A DNA stretch of 64,000 bases. Origin: Octopus sinensis. Taxonomy: Eukaryota. Positions 36,845 to 49,365 of the stretch are shown here, in pieces. The notes beneath the pieces are model-generated. The model had not been told where the DNA came from and did no database searches. It worked only from the letters and a program-made list of their open reading frames with translations. Made by a program: the position numbers and the translations under genes. The stretch covers positions 38,188 to 102,187 of the forward strand of contig NW_021832831.1 in assembly GCF_006345805.1 (NCBI RefSeq), given 5' to 3'. Position 1 is the stretch's first letter. The number at the start of each line of letters is the position of its first letter.

Positions 36845-39505
36845 CATCATCATCATCGTTTAACGTCCGCTTTCCATGCTAGCATGGGTTGGACGATTTG
36901 ACTGAGGACTGGTGAACCAGATGGATGCACGAGGCTCGAATCTGATCTGGCAGAATTTCTACAGCTGGATGCTCTTCCTAATGCCAACCACTCCAAGAGT
37001 GTAGTGGGTGTTTTTACGTGCCACAAGCAAGAGGGCCAGTGAGGCAGTACTGGCAACGGCCATGCTCAAATGGTGTTTTTACATACCACCTGCACAGGAG
37101 CCAGTCCAGTGGCACTGGCAACGACATTGCTTGAATGTTTTTTTATGTGCCACCAGCACAAATGCCAGTAAGGTGACGCTGGTAACGATCACGCTCAAAT
37201 GGTACTTTTTACATGCCCCTTGCATGGAAGTCAGTTAGCTACTCTGGCAATGATCATGCTCGGATGGGGCTCTTAGCGCTCCACTAGCATGGATGCCAGT
37301 TATCGAATTTGATTTTGATTTCACTTGCCTCAACAGGTCTTCGCAAGCAGAGATTAGTGTTCAGAGAAGGAAAAGGTACGCAGAAGTGGGCTGGTTACAC
37401 GCCTGGCACAGGCAAACGAGGTTATGGTCTCATTTGGCTTGCCGGGTCTTCTCAAGCACAGCATATTTCCTAAGGTCTTGGTCACTAGTCATTGCCTCGG
37501 TGAAGCCTAAAGTTCAAAGGTCGTGCTTCACCACTTCACCCCAGGTCTTCCTAGGTCTGCCTCTTCCACAGGTTCACTCAACAACGAGGGTGTGGCACTT
37601 TTTCACACAGCTATCATCATCCATTCACGCCACATGACTATACCAGCACAGTTGTCTCTCTTGCACTTTAGATCTGATGCTTCTTAGGTCCAACTTTTCT
37701 CTCAAGATACTTAAACTCTGTCAAGTATGCACACTGACATTACACATCCATCAGAGCATACTGGCTTCATTCTTCGCGAGCTTACTCATGTCCTCAGCAG
37801 TCACGGCCCATGTTTCACTGCCATGTAGCATGGCTGTCTGTACACATGCGTCATACTGTCTACCTTTTACTCTGAATGTAAGAGCTCTCTGAACTTTGCC
37901 CAGGCTATTCTTTTTCTAGCAGCTACACTTTCAGCGCACCCTCCTCCGCAACTGACTTGGTCACCTAGGTAATGGAAGCTATCAACTACTAGTTTTTCTC
38001 CCTGGAACATGGTGGAAGTTGTTCTCTGCACATTTTCAGTGTTTATTGCTCCTGAGCATCTGCCACATACAAAAACTATCTTCCCAGTTAGCCTTCCTTT
38101 GATATTGCTGCACCTCTTATGTGTCCATAGTTTACACTGGGTTCATCTTATAGAGTATCTACCTATGCCTTTTCTACAGATCGAGCAAAGCCATCTACCT
38201 GAAGGGATTTGTGATTTGTCTGCCCCCCCTTATTAGGAATTTTGGTTTTAGCTAGGTTGACTCTAGTTTTGATAGTGACTCAGCAATTAGGGCAAGGTCA
38301 TCAGCATAGGGGAGCTCCCAGGGGCATCCTGTCTTGAATTCGTCTGTTATTGCCTGGAGGACTATGATAAATAGGAGGAGACTGAGGACTGAACCTTGGT
38401 GGGCCTGTACCTTTATCTGGAATTCGTCACTGTATTCATTGCCAACCCTCACCTTACTGACAGCGTCCCTGTACTTAGATTGCACAGCTCTTACTAACCA
38501 TTCATCTATCCCTAGTTTCCTCATTGGCCACCAGATAAGGGATCAGGAAAACCCTGTTAAAGGCTTTCTCCATGTCAACGAAAGGCAGGTACAGAGGTTT
38601 ATCTTTGGCTAAGTATTTCTCCTGCAGCTGTCTCACCACAAATATAGCATCAGAGGTGCTTTTTCCTGGCATGAACCCAAACTGTGACCCTCTCTGTGAC
38701 CTTCATTACCTGATCCAACAGCTTGATATCTCTGTAATTATTTGTATCTAAAGCATCACCTTTACCTTTGTAGCAGTTGACTATAGTGCTGCTACACCAG
38801 TCATTGGGTATGACTCCTTCATGTATTACCTGGTTAACTATACAGGTGGCTAGGCTATAGCCAACACTGCCAGATATTTTGAGCATTTCTGCAGTGATTC
38901 CTGATGGGCCGGTGGGTTTTCCCTGTCTTCATACTCTTAATTGCTTTATCTACCAATGTACTGTCAACTCGGATTGCTGGTCCCTCTGTTGGGTTGACAT
39001 TCGGCAAACTCTATTTCTCTCATTCATTTTCTTTATTGAGCAACCTTTCATAGTGGCGTCTCTTTGCAGCCTAGTTTAGTGCAAGTGAACCATTATCCAT
39101 GCAGACACATTTCTCTCCTACCACTTCACGATTCTGTCTCACACACTGTCTTGCAACACGAAATATCTCAAGTCGTTGGTCCTTACGGTGCAGAACATTG
39201 GCAAATTTTTCCTTATCCGCTTCCCCTCTAGCTAAATAAATCTGTCTCCTAGCTTCCCAGTCTGATACAATTCCCTGTTACCACCATTCTTCTAGTCCTT
39301 CCTTCCAAGCCTGTTTCTTTTGTCTAACAGCCCTGTCAACAACATTGTTCCACCACCATGTTATTTTGGATCAAGAGGGAACTTTGCACCAGCCACAGAT
39401 CTGGTCAGTGGCCCTCAGCAGGTCCCATAGAAACCTCCAGTTGTCTTCTGTGAAGCTATATCCCCTTCTATTTCGTCAAAGGCTTCAAGTAATATGTCTT
39501 ATTTT
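36845..39505 (-). mobile_element. RTE copy, 5'-truncated, tail at 36845
   Basis: (CAT)nCGTTTAACGTCCGC tail; ORFs 38252..38524 and 38650..38886. Confidence 0.93.
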
Positions 39506-39659
39506 TATTATTGTCATTATCTTGTGAATGATAATCTTAACGTATTACATAAATTTACATTGGGAAATAGTTTTGTAAGACAAAATCTTATTGAATGGGT
39601 AGGAATTTTTATTTGTTATGTAATATTGCATTTAAGTAAATACTTTTAATAATAATAGG

Positions 39660-39868
39660 AACTTTGAATAATTCTATTAATGAGTGTAACATTAAATCTA
39701 TATATAAATTTATTATATAAGTTTAACTAATTTCATCATCAACATCATTATCGTTTAACATCCGTTTTAAACGATGATGATGATGATGATGATGAAATTA
39801 GTTAAACTTATATAATAAATTTATATATAGATTTAATGTTACACTCATTAATAGAATTATTCAAAGTT
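39660..39868. repeat. ~209-bp near-perfect palindrome centred on an RTE tail
   Basis: 39660-39740 and 39788-39868 are exact reverse complements (81 bp); 8-nt centre CATCCGTT. Confidence 0.95.
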
Positions 39869-39949
39869 TGTGTGTATATATTTGAACCATTTTTCTATTT
39901 TTAATTATTGTAGTTATAGTTTGTAGTAGTATTATGTATATAAGTTAGA

Positions 39950-41641
39950 ATGAAGTTTTTTAGTATATATTACATAATTAGAATAAGATTTCCCACTGAT
40001 ATTGACGTTAGAGAAGCGAACGAAGTTGACTCTCAACATAAAATCTCGGACATAACCTTCACTGCCACTGACATCATAGCAGCAATAAATGAGGTCAAAT
40101 ACTACTCTGCTGTAGGCCCTGATAGATTCCCCGCTAGTCTCCTGAAGGAATGTAGACACCAACTTGCAGTCCCTCTGACCAACCTCTGGAGAAATTCGTT
40201 AGATGCAGGTTATATACCGAAACAGTTTCTATCCCAGTCAATCATCCCGGTTTTCAAACAGGGAAACAGATCCCTCGCACTCAACTATCGTCCAATCTCA
40301 CTCACCTCTCACATCATCAAAGTGTTTGAAAGAGTGTTAAGATCAAGGATGGCTGACTTCCTGGAGACCCAGAAACTCCTAAATGCAAATCAGCATGGCT
40401 TTCGCTGTGGCAGGGACTGTCTAACACAGCTCTTACACCACATTGAAGATGTACTCAAAGCCTTGGGAACAGGTTCGAACTCTGATGTCATATATCTTGA
40501 CTTCAGTAAAGCGTTCGACAGGGTAGACCATAATATCCTACTCTCAAAATTGGCAAATGTTGGAATCCGTGGAAAAGTTCTACACTGGATCAAGTATTTC
40601 CTGGCGAATAGAACACGACATGTTGTAGTTGATGGAGTCCACTCAAGCCCAGCAAAAGTCACCAGCGGTGTCCCCCAGGGAACTGTCTTGGGTCCGCTAC
40701 TCTTCATAATCTACATAAACGACCTTTCCAGTGTCGTACATTACTGCAAAGTGAAAATATTTGCTGATGACACCAAGCTCCAGCAAATCGTCAATGAAGA
40801 AGCAGACCGAACTCAACTCCAGTCTGATCTATATGCTGTGAGTCAATGGGCAGACAGAAACAAAATGCAACTGAACGAGGGAAAATTTGAGCTGATGCAT
40901 TTTGGAAGAAATTCCTCACTAAAACAGCCATACTCTCTTCCTTCAGGGGAACCGCTCACAGCCTCTAACAACATCAGAGACCTAGGTGTAATTGTTGATG
41001 ACGATCTCAGTTGGAGTGCACACGTCAACAAGAAGGTCGATATAGCTCGTAGGATGAGTTCCTGGATCTTAAGAACTTTCCGGTCCAGAGAACAAGGTGT
41101 CATCATACCACTCTTCTCCTTTGTACGGCCACACCTCGAATACTGCTGCCCACTGTGGTCTCCCCATACAAGACAAAACATCTCGAGGATTGAATCACCC
41201 CAGAGAGCACTCACTAAACGAATTGAAGGCATGGCTGCTCTCGATTATTGGGATCGCCTTAAAGCCTTGAAACTCTACTCTCTCCAGCGTCGCCGTGAGC
41301 GGTACATCATTTGTACGATGTGGAGAATATACCGCCAACTTTGCCCAAACGACCTGAACATTAGCTTCAAGGTTCATCCAAGACTGGGACCACGAGCCAT
41401 ACGTCCCCTGCCCAATTCAAGATCACACCATACATATACACTACAACATAATTTCTTTTCCTCAACAGGCCCTGCCCTATTTAACATTGTCCCGAAAGAG
41501 ATCAAAGAGGAACAGGATCCCATCAACTGTAAACGGAGTCTGGATAGATTCCTTCAAGGAATACCAGATAAGCCACCCATAATTGGATACAACTCACCCA
41601 ACAAAAACTCACTACTTGAATGGACCATAAGCAAAACTTGA
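39950..41641 (+). CDS. CR1-group LINE reverse transcriptase, uninterrupted frame (5'-truncated; the first ~15 codons are flank)
   Basis: 'NYRPISLTSHIIKVFER', 'QHGFRCGR', 'YLDFSKAFDRV', 'SGVPQGTVLGPLLFIIYINDL', 'FADDTKL', 'RPHLEYC', 'LYSLQRRRER'. Confidence 0.9.
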   Translation: MKFFSIYYIIRIRFPTDIDVREANEVDSQHKISDITFTATDIIAAINEVKYYSAVGPDRFPASLLKECRHQLAVPLTNLWRNSLDAGYIPKQFLSQSIIPVFKQGNRSLALNYRPISLTSHIIKVFERVLRSRMADFLETQKLLNANQHGFRCGRDCLTQLLHHIEDVLKALGTGSNSDVIYLDFSKAFDRVDHNILLSKLANVGIRGKVLHWIKYFLANRTRHVVVDGVHSSPAKVTSGVPQGTVLGPLLFIIYINDLSSVVHYCKVKIFADDTKLQQIVNEEADRTQLQSDLYAVSQWADRNKMQLNEGKFELMHFGRNSSLKQPYSLPSGEPLTASNNIRDLGVIVDDDLSWSAHVNKKVDIARRMSSWILRTFRSREQGVIIPLFSFVRPHLEYCCPLWSPHTRQNISRIESPQRALTKRIEGMAALDYWDRLKALKLYSLQRRRERYIICTMWRIYRQLCPNDLNISFKVHPRLGPRAIRPLPNSRSHHTYTLQHNFFSSTGPALFNIVPKEIKEEQDPINCKRSLDRFLQGIPDKPPIIGYNSPNKNSLLEWTISKT

Positions 41642-41746
41642 CTTAAACAGGATTCAAATAATCCTATCAGGTGGTGCTATTAAGTTAGACATGGCCTGGA
41701 CCAATCATTGGTCGAAACACATCTAAGTTTATCTAAGTTTAAGTTT
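39995..41746 (+). mobile_element. CR1-group LINE, 5'-truncated, with 3' stem-loop and (ATCTAAGTTT)n tail
   Basis: RT ORF, hairpin GACCAA-TCA-TTGGTC at 41698-41712, tail ATCTAAGTTTATCTAAGTTTAAGTTT at 41721-41746. Confidence 0.9.
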
Positions 41747-41826
41747 ATATAAATAATTTAATGGATATAGATTAAATTATTGTATTTTAGCTTCACTTAA
41801 TGTATATTATGTATTTTATATATATA

Positions 41827-43088
41827 TCTCTATATATATAAAACTGAGAATGTGTGTCTGTCTGTCTGTGTGTTTCCCTAAAACTTGAGAACTACACAAC
41901 CAATTTCATTCAAATTTTACACATGCTTTACTTAGAGTCTGGGGAGTATCATCAGCAAAAAATATTTTTTACTTCATGCCTAGGGTGAGCCCACAGTAAT
42001 ATCATATCTTCTCCACTACGATTCCCTAAAACTTGAGAACTACACAACCAATTTCATTCAAATTTTACACATGCCTTACTTAGGGTCCATGTAGTTTCAT
42101 GGACAAAAAAAATGTTCAACTTCTTGCCTAGAGCAAGCCCATAGCTATATCATATCTTGTCCACTATTTCAGTATTATGTGTTAAAAGTGAAACAAAAAC
42201 ATTTCTCTATTTTATGTCAGATGCTTTCACTTTAACAATAAAAATAATAATAACAATTGAATTATATGTAGTAAGTAGTAATTAAAATCAAACTAAAGTA
42301 TAATATAATTGTAACATAACAAAAGTAAAAATAGCAATTGGTATAAAATTGCATCAATGACTTGAACTTCAATAAGTGGCTTCACATGAATGGGAATAAA
42401 TTGAAAATAAAATTAGCGTGCAGAAATGGAATAGTCCAGATGGACTATTATACATAAAGGACTATAGCTTCAACTGCATACAATTGTTATTATTATTACT
42501 GTTTAACTATTGTTATCACGTTTGTTGGTTCCTCGTAAGGGAAACGTTGTTGTGCTGCATTTGTTAAATAATTGTAAACTGTAACCTTCCCCCTTTGGGA
42601 GAAGGAGCTTTGGTTATTGTTTAAAAATTGAATTGTATCCCTGTTTGGGGAAATTGACAATATTTTCACCGTTTACACGGAAGCATTATTGTTAGAATGC
42701 CGTCAATAGAAGAAAGTCCAAAAATGAATTTCACTGAAGCCGTCGGCAGGTGCAAACTCATTAAAATTAAAATGGAAGAAATACAAGCCTATTTCGGAAT
42801 GATTACTGACAAAGACGGTGAATCTAGGATAACACCAACAAACAAAATAAAAAATTAAATTAAAGAAAAGACTATTGTCTATAAAATATACAATGTAGAG
42901 AAAAAAAAAAGATTTGAACACCTGGAGGAAAGCACCATCGAAAAGTGTCTTGGTGCGACTATGAAAGATATAACTTTGTATTTTGTATTTTAAGTGTAGA
43001 TGTATATATATATAGATGTACATGTAATATGTACACATATATACATGCACTAGTACTATGACCCAGCAATGACAGGTCATAATGCTTG
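41827..43088 (+). mobile_element. Short non-autonomous Helitron (1262 bp), tandem copy 1
   Basis: A|TCTCTATATATATAAAACTGAG 5' end; 3' hairpin TATGACCC-AGCAATGAC-AGGTCATA, then ATGCTTG|T (CTAG mutated to CTTG). Confidence 0.85.
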
Positions 43089-43393
43089 TATATATGTATA
43101 TATTGTTTTAATTATTTTGTTTTAATTACTTTTAATTTTCGTTATTTTTTCTTCTATAAGCTAAAATATATTTTCATAGATGAAATAAATATTTCTATCT
43201 ATTTATTCTAGTTTTATTTACACCATGTTTTTAATGATATAAATATATTATAAACACTTAGTCCTTTGTATTAAGTTTAAAGATTTAATAATCAGAATAT
43301 ATTCGATAAGATATTTCGTGTTTTTGTTTTAAGATATATTGTTGAATTTTGTTGGATTTTTTTATTAGAAAATTACATATTTTTATATATATA

Positions 43394-44655
43394 TCTCTAT
43401 ATATATAAAACTGAGAATGTGTGTCTGTCTGTCTGTGTGTTTCCCTAAAACTTGAGAACTACACAACCAATTTCATTCAAATTTTACACATGCTTTACTT
43501 AGAGTCTGGGGAGTATCATCAGCAAAAAATATTTTTTACTTCATGCCTAGGGTGAGCCCACAGTAATATCATATCTTCTCCACTACGATTCCCTAAAACT
43601 TGAGAACTACACAACCAATTTCATTCAAATTTTACACATGCCTTACTTAGGGTCCATGTAGTTTCATGGACAAAAAAAATGTTCAACTTCTTGCCTAGAG
43701 CAAGCCCATAGCTATATCATATCTTGTCCACTATTTCAGTATTATGTGTTAAAAGTGAAACAAAAACATTTCTCTATTTTATGTCAGATGCTTTCACTTT
43801 AACAATAAAAATAATAATAACAATTGAATTATATGTAGTAAGTAGTAATTAAAATCAAACTAAAGTATAATATAATTGTAACATAACAAAAGTAAAAATA
43901 GCAATTGGTATAAAATTGCATCAATGACTTGAACTTCAATAAGTGGCTTCACATGAATGGGAATAAATTGAAAATAAAATTAGCGTGCAGAAATGGAATA
44001 GTCCAGATGGACTATTATACATAAAGGACTATAGCTTCAACTGCATACAATTGTTATTATTATTACTGTTTAACTATTGTTATCACGTTTGTTGGTTCCT
44101 CGTAAGGGAAACGTTGTTGTGCTGCATTTGTTAAATAATTGTAAACTGTAACCTTCCCCCTTTGGGAGAAGGAGCTTTGGTTATTGTTTAAAAATTGAAT
44201 TGTATCCCTGTTTGGGGAAATTGACAATATTTTCACCGTTTACACGGAAGCATTATTGTTAGAATGCCGTCAATAGAAGAAAGTCCAAAAATGAATTTCA
44301 CTGAAGCCGTCGGCAGGTGCAAACTCATTAAAATTAAAATGGAAGAAATACAAGCCTATTTCGGAATGATTACTGACAAAGACGGTGAATCTAGGATAAC
44401 ACCAACAAACAAAATAAAAAATTAAATTAAAGAAAAGACTATTGTCTATAAAATATACAATGTAGAGAAAAAAAAAAGATTTGAACACCTGGAGGAAAGC
44501 ACCATCGAAAAGTGTCTTGGTGCGACTATGAAAGATATAACTTTGTATTTTGTATTTTAAGTGTAGATGTATATATATATAGATGTACATGTAATATGTA
44601 CACATATATACATGCACTAGTACTATGACCCAGCAATGACAGGTCATAATGCTTG
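43394..44655 (+). mobile_element. Short non-autonomous Helitron, tandem copy 2
   Basis: Offset 1567 bp from copy 1; ORF-track translations 42703..43080 and 44270..44647 are identical. Confidence 0.85.
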
Positions 44656-44959
44656 TATATATGTATATATTGTTTTAATTATTTTGTTTTAATTACTTTT
44701 AATTTTCGTTATTTTTTCTTCTATAAGCTAAAATATATTTTCATAGATGAAATAAATATTTCTATCTATTTATTCTAGTTTTATTTACACCATGTTTTTA
44801 ATGATATAAATATATTATAAACACTTAGTCCTTTGTATTAAGTTTAAAGATTTAATAATCAGAATATATTCGATAAGATATTTCGTGTTTTTGTTTTAAG
44901 ATATATTGTTGAATTTTGTTGGATTTTTTTATTAGAAAATTACATATTTTTATATATAT

Positions 44960-46345
44960 CATCATCATCATCATCGTTTAGCGTCCGCTTTCCATGCTGG
45001 CATGGGTTGGATGGTGCAGCTGGGGTCTGGGAAGCCAGAAGGCTGCACCAGGCCCAGTCTGATCTGGCAATGTTTCTATGGCTGGATGCCCTTCCTAACG
45101 CCAACCACTCCATGAGTGTAGTGGGTGCTTTTTACGTGCCACCTGCACAGGTGCCAGACAAGTCTGGCCAACGGCCACGGTCGGATGATGCTTTTTACGT
45201 GCCACCTGCACGGAGGCCAGGCCAGGCTGGCAACGGCCACGATTGGATGGTGCTTTTTACGTGCCACCGGCACGGAAGCCAGTCAGGGCAGCACTGGCAA
45301 CGGCCACGTTCAGATGGTTCTCTTATGTGCCACCAGCACTGATATCACAGCAACAGTTTCCATTCATGTTGATCAATTTTGATTTTTGATTTTTTCCATT
45401 TTTGATTTTTTGACTTTCACTTGCCTCAACAGGTCTTCACAAGTAGGGTTTCGTGTCCCAAGAAGGAAAGGTATGCATAAGTGGACTGAGGCCATGGATG
45501 ATGGTCTCACTTGTCCTGCCGGGTCTTCTCACGCACAGCATACTTCCAAAGGTCTCGGTCTCTAGTCATTTCCTCGGTGAGACCTAAAGTTCGAAGGTCG
45601 TGCCTCACCACCTCATCCAGGTTTTCCTGGGTCTGCCTGTTCCACAGATTCCCTCAAGAGCTAGGGTGTGACACTTTTTCACACAACTATCTTCATCCAT
45701 TCTCGCCACATGGCCATACCAGCGCAAACGTCTCTCTTGCACACCGCAACTGATGCTTCTTAGGTCCAACTTCTCTCTCAAGGTATTTACACTCTGTCGA
45801 GGATGAACACTGACATTACACATCCATTGGAGCATACTGGCTTCATTTCTTGCGAGCTTACGCATATCCTCAGCAGTCACGGCCCATGTTTCACTGTCAT
45901 GTAGCATGGCTGTTTGTACACAAGCATCATACAGTCTATCTTTTACTCTGAGCGAGAGGCCTTTTGTCCCTAGCAGAGGTAAGAGCTCTCTGAACTTTAC
46001 CCAAGCTATTCTTACTCTAGCAGTTACACTTTCAACACACCCGCCCCCGCTACTGACTTGGTCACCTAGGTAACGGAAGCTATCAACTATTTCTAGTTTT
46101 TCTCCCTGGAAAGTGACGGAAGTTGGTCTCGGAGCATTTTCAGTGTTTATTGCTCCTGAGCATCTTCCACATACAAGACGTTGCTGCACCTCTTGTGTGT
46201 CCATAGCTTACACTTGGTGCATCTTATAGAGTTTCTACCTACGCCTTTCCTACAGATCAAGCAAGGCCATCTACCTGAAGGCGTTTGTGACTTGTCTACC
46301 TTCCTACTTATTAGGACTTTGGTTTTAGCTAGGTTGACTAGGTTG
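44960..46345 (-). mobile_element. RTE 3' portion (PHD to tail)
   Basis: Tail (CAT)nCGTTTAGCGTCCGC at 44960; ORFs 45605..46204 and 46147..46383. Confidence 0.93.
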
Positions 46346-46413
46346 ATATATTTATATTTTCTTATAAGGTAATATCCATACATTTATTTAATTATTTTAT
46401 CGTTTTTATCTTG

Positions 46414-46494
46414 CACCTGATGAGTGACTATATTTAAATTGAATTGATTTTACTGTTATCAATTTGAAAATATAGCCACAAGACACGTGTAGTC
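46414..46494 (+). ncRNA. Hammerhead ribozyme remnant, homologous to 6328-6438
   Basis: CAC-CTGATGA-GTGACTATATTT...AAATATAGCCAC-aAGAC-ACGT-GTA-GTC. Stem II 11 of 12 bp, palindromic ACACGTGT, GAAA mutated. Confidence 0.6.
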
Positions 46495-46667
46495 TATTTA
46501 CTAATTTTACACTATTATTTCATACTTTATTTAGTTCTAGTTAAATGTTTTATTGTATCTTTAATTTTTTTCTATATGGTATAATTTAAGTATATCATTG
46601 TTGAATTGCTACATGGTGGTTCTTCTCTAATTTATATACATGTATACACACACACACACACACACAA

Positions 46668-46712
<45 letters not shown>

Positions 46713-46718
46713 CACATA

Positions 46719-46907
46719 TGAAAGGGTGCTGAAAAGTTTCTGGATTTGAGTAGAAAAGGATTAGTTAATTATAATTTCATTCAATATATTCCTCTCCCAG
46801 ATTCACACACTTATTGCAGTCGTCCTTCAATTTTTCTAAGCTCTGTAAAAAAAACTCAGAAGGCTGTGATACTCTTAAAGCCAAGAACTTTTCAGCACCC
46901 CCTCATG
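46719..46907. mobile_element. mariner-derived MITE (~190 bp)
   Basis: TIRs TGAAAGGGTGCTGAAAAGTTTCTGG and CCAAGAACTTTTCAGCACCCCCTCA in a TA context. Confidence 0.8.
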
Positions 46908-46909
46908 TA

Positions 46910-47090
46910 CAGGTGTGGTTGTGCAGCTGAGAAGCTTGCTTGCCAGTCATATGTTTTAGAGTTTAGCACCCTCATATGGCACCTTGAGAAAGTGACTTCT
47001 TTTATAACCTGTTTCACCAAAGCCTTGTGAGTGGATTTGTTAGATGGAATCTGAAAGAAGCCTGTTGTATTTGTGTGTGTGCACGTACCC
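46910..47090 (+). mobile_element. tRNA-headed SINE, 5' half
   Basis: CAGGTGTGGTTGTG...GAAGCTTGCTT...CCAAAGCCTTGTGAGTGGATTTG...GAAAGAAGCC. Confidence 0.75.
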
Positions 47091-47337
47091 TTTTGTAGAC
47101 CGTACATGATGGTTGTAAAATGCATTATCATCATACAAGGAAGGTTTTTTTTGTCTTTAGTCTTCTATGAAAATATATCTAGCTATGGAAAAATATACCT
47201 TGCTTGGAAACAGCCGAAGTTGTTGACATGGTAACATGAAGGTCATCCTACCATAGAAAATATGCCTCAACAAATTCCATCTAATCTATGTATGCAATCA
47301 TGTAAAAGTGGATATTAAATGCTGCTTCTGCTATATA

Positions 47338-48564
47338 CAAGGGTTGGTTGAACAGTTCATAGGGTGACCAAGATACTCTTATGGAATGTGACCAAACGAC
47401 TTTTATTTTTCAACATAGTCTCCTTTACAGTGTACACATTTCTTCCATTGGTGAAGAAGATTTCATCCTGTTGGTCAAAAATGTTGCCAACAGTAGATAT
47501 CACATCATTATCACTGCAATACTGATTCCTAACCAAGTAGTTTTTCATGTTGGGGGACAGATTATAGTCAGAAGAGTCCAAATCAGAAGAATGAGGAAAT
47601 TGATCAATCAGTATCAATCAGTTCATAGTTACAATCACACAGAGCAGCCATTGAAACCAAGGACATGTGTATTGGAGCATTGTCCTGACAAAACAAACCC
47701 CATTTTGTCAGTTTTCTGAATGGCTTTCGCAACTGCCTCAGCAAGTTTGCATATTACTCTCCATTGATGGTGTAACCCTTTTGAAGATAGTCAATAAACA
47801 CAATGTCCATCGCCTTCCCTGAAATGAAATAACCATAGTCTTCTCTGATGCAGGTGAGGAGGAGTGTTTCCTCTGCATAAATTGTCTCTGTCTCTCACTC
47901 AAAGTGATGAGCCCAACACTCATCGTGGGTTTGGAAATGTGCAAGGAACTGAGCTAGATCCATCAAACAATGTCAGATTTTCCCATGATGTGATCAGCCT
48001 GATTTGCTTTTGATCAGGTGTCAGAAGACAAAACATTCACCAAGAACAAACCTTCATCATGCTAAATTCATTGTGCAGAATATTTTCAACTCTCTCACAG
48101 GATATGCTAACATCATTGGCTATTTATCATTGTCTGTATCCCTCACCATGTGGTGAACATGATCAATGTTTTTCTTCAGTGGTGGCAGTTTCAGGATGTC
48201 CAGACCTTGGGTCATCTTCATTTATTCTCTGTTCCATTCTAAATTCAGATGCCCACTTTTGCACTATTGATAAAGGTGGAGCGTCACCCTAATGTAGGAA
48301 CCATGTTGGCATGAATGTCCTTGGTGGTGAGGGGTATAAAACATTTTTCTGCAGATACTTGATAACATTAGGGTGCTAAATTTTGACTATTTTCAAGAGA
48401 AGTCACTACTAGTTATTTTTGAAGTCTTCTTTGAACATTGAGATGTCAGTCTAGCAAGAAAGAACACAGTTATGAATAAGAAGTGTTGGAATTAATGCAT
48501 GCAGAATTTCATGGCTCTAGCATCACTCCTTAATAATCAGACTATAAACTTTTCAGCCCACTTG
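47338..48564 (-). mobile_element. Near full-length decayed mariner (1227 bp) with TIRs and TA target duplication
   Basis: TA|CAAGGGTTGGTTGAACAGTTCATAG and CTATAAACTTTTCAGCCCACTTG|TA; 'PHSSDLDSSDYNLSPNMK' (PYSPDLAPSDY motif) in ORF 47357..47617. Confidence 0.85.
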
Positions 48565-49365
48565 TAATTCATTACTTTCTCTAATAATTTCTAGAATCTA
48601 AAATCATATTACTTTAAATACTTGACATAAGTTCTTTTGTGTGTCTATTCTTTGCTTTGCTGCTTTTTCAATTTTTTTGTGGTGATGCTAACCTGTAATT
48701 CATTACTTTCTTTAATAACTTCTAGAATTGTATCCCTTTAGATACTTGTCATAATTCTCTTGTTTCTATCACTCTTGCTTCCCTGTTTCGATTTTCTTGA
48801 GGTGAAGCTAGCCATCTCTTCCATTTCCTTATTGTCCTTTGCTGCTATTTTGATTTTCTTGTGGCAAACCAGCCTCTTATTTGACTACTTCCAGCTGTAG
48901 ATTATACAAAGAACCCTTTTGCACATGGTATCTTTCAAACTCAACTTGCTCTGCTATTTGGCACCATCATATCATGACGCGAAATGTCCAGCCACTAAAT
49001 TAAGAAACGTCTCTAGTTTTTTAATCATTCATCATTCTTTTTATTCATTTACATTTACTACTAACATGTTAACATTCTTCAGTTAAAATAACTTTGTGAT
49101 CTGTAATTTGCTACTTTTTCTAATAATTTCTAGAATCTAGAATCGTATCCTTTAAATACTTGTCATAATTCTCATGTGTTGCTATCGTTCTCAGTTTCAC
49201 TGCTATTTCGATTTTCTTGTGGCAAATCTAACCTGTAATTTGTTACTCTCTCTAATAACTTCTAAAATCATATCTCTTTAAATGCTTATCATAATTCTCA
49301 TGTGTCTCTATCATTCTTTGCTTCAGTGTTTCAATTTTCTTGTGGAAAAGCTAGCCGTTTCTTCC
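48563..49365. repeat. Diverged ~120-130-bp tandem repeat, arranged as two dimers
   Basis: Units start TGTAATT(C/T) at ~48563, 48694, 49103 and 49233 and end TTTTCTTG(T/A)GG...CTA(A/G)CC. Confidence 0.75.

Larger units (their letters stand above)
39510..46640 (+). mobile_element. AT-rich hammerhead-terminated element, copy 2, fragmented by a snap-back insert, a CR1 LINE, a tandem Helitron and an RTE
   Basis: Pieces 39560-39733, 39869-39995, 41747-41826, 43089-43392 (duplicated at 44656-44959) and 46346-46630 align in order with 2295-2863 plus 6173-6595. Confidence 0.6.

Noticed and set aside
41683-41725. Hairpin plus GAAAC at the CR1 3' end resembling a hammerhead
   Set aside because: There is no CUGANGA and no room for stem III or NUH; it is treated as a LINE 3' recognition stem-loop.
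42703-43080. 125-aa ORF present twice identically
   Set aside because: It has low-complexity composition and no recognisable domain; the identity reflects the tandem duplication.
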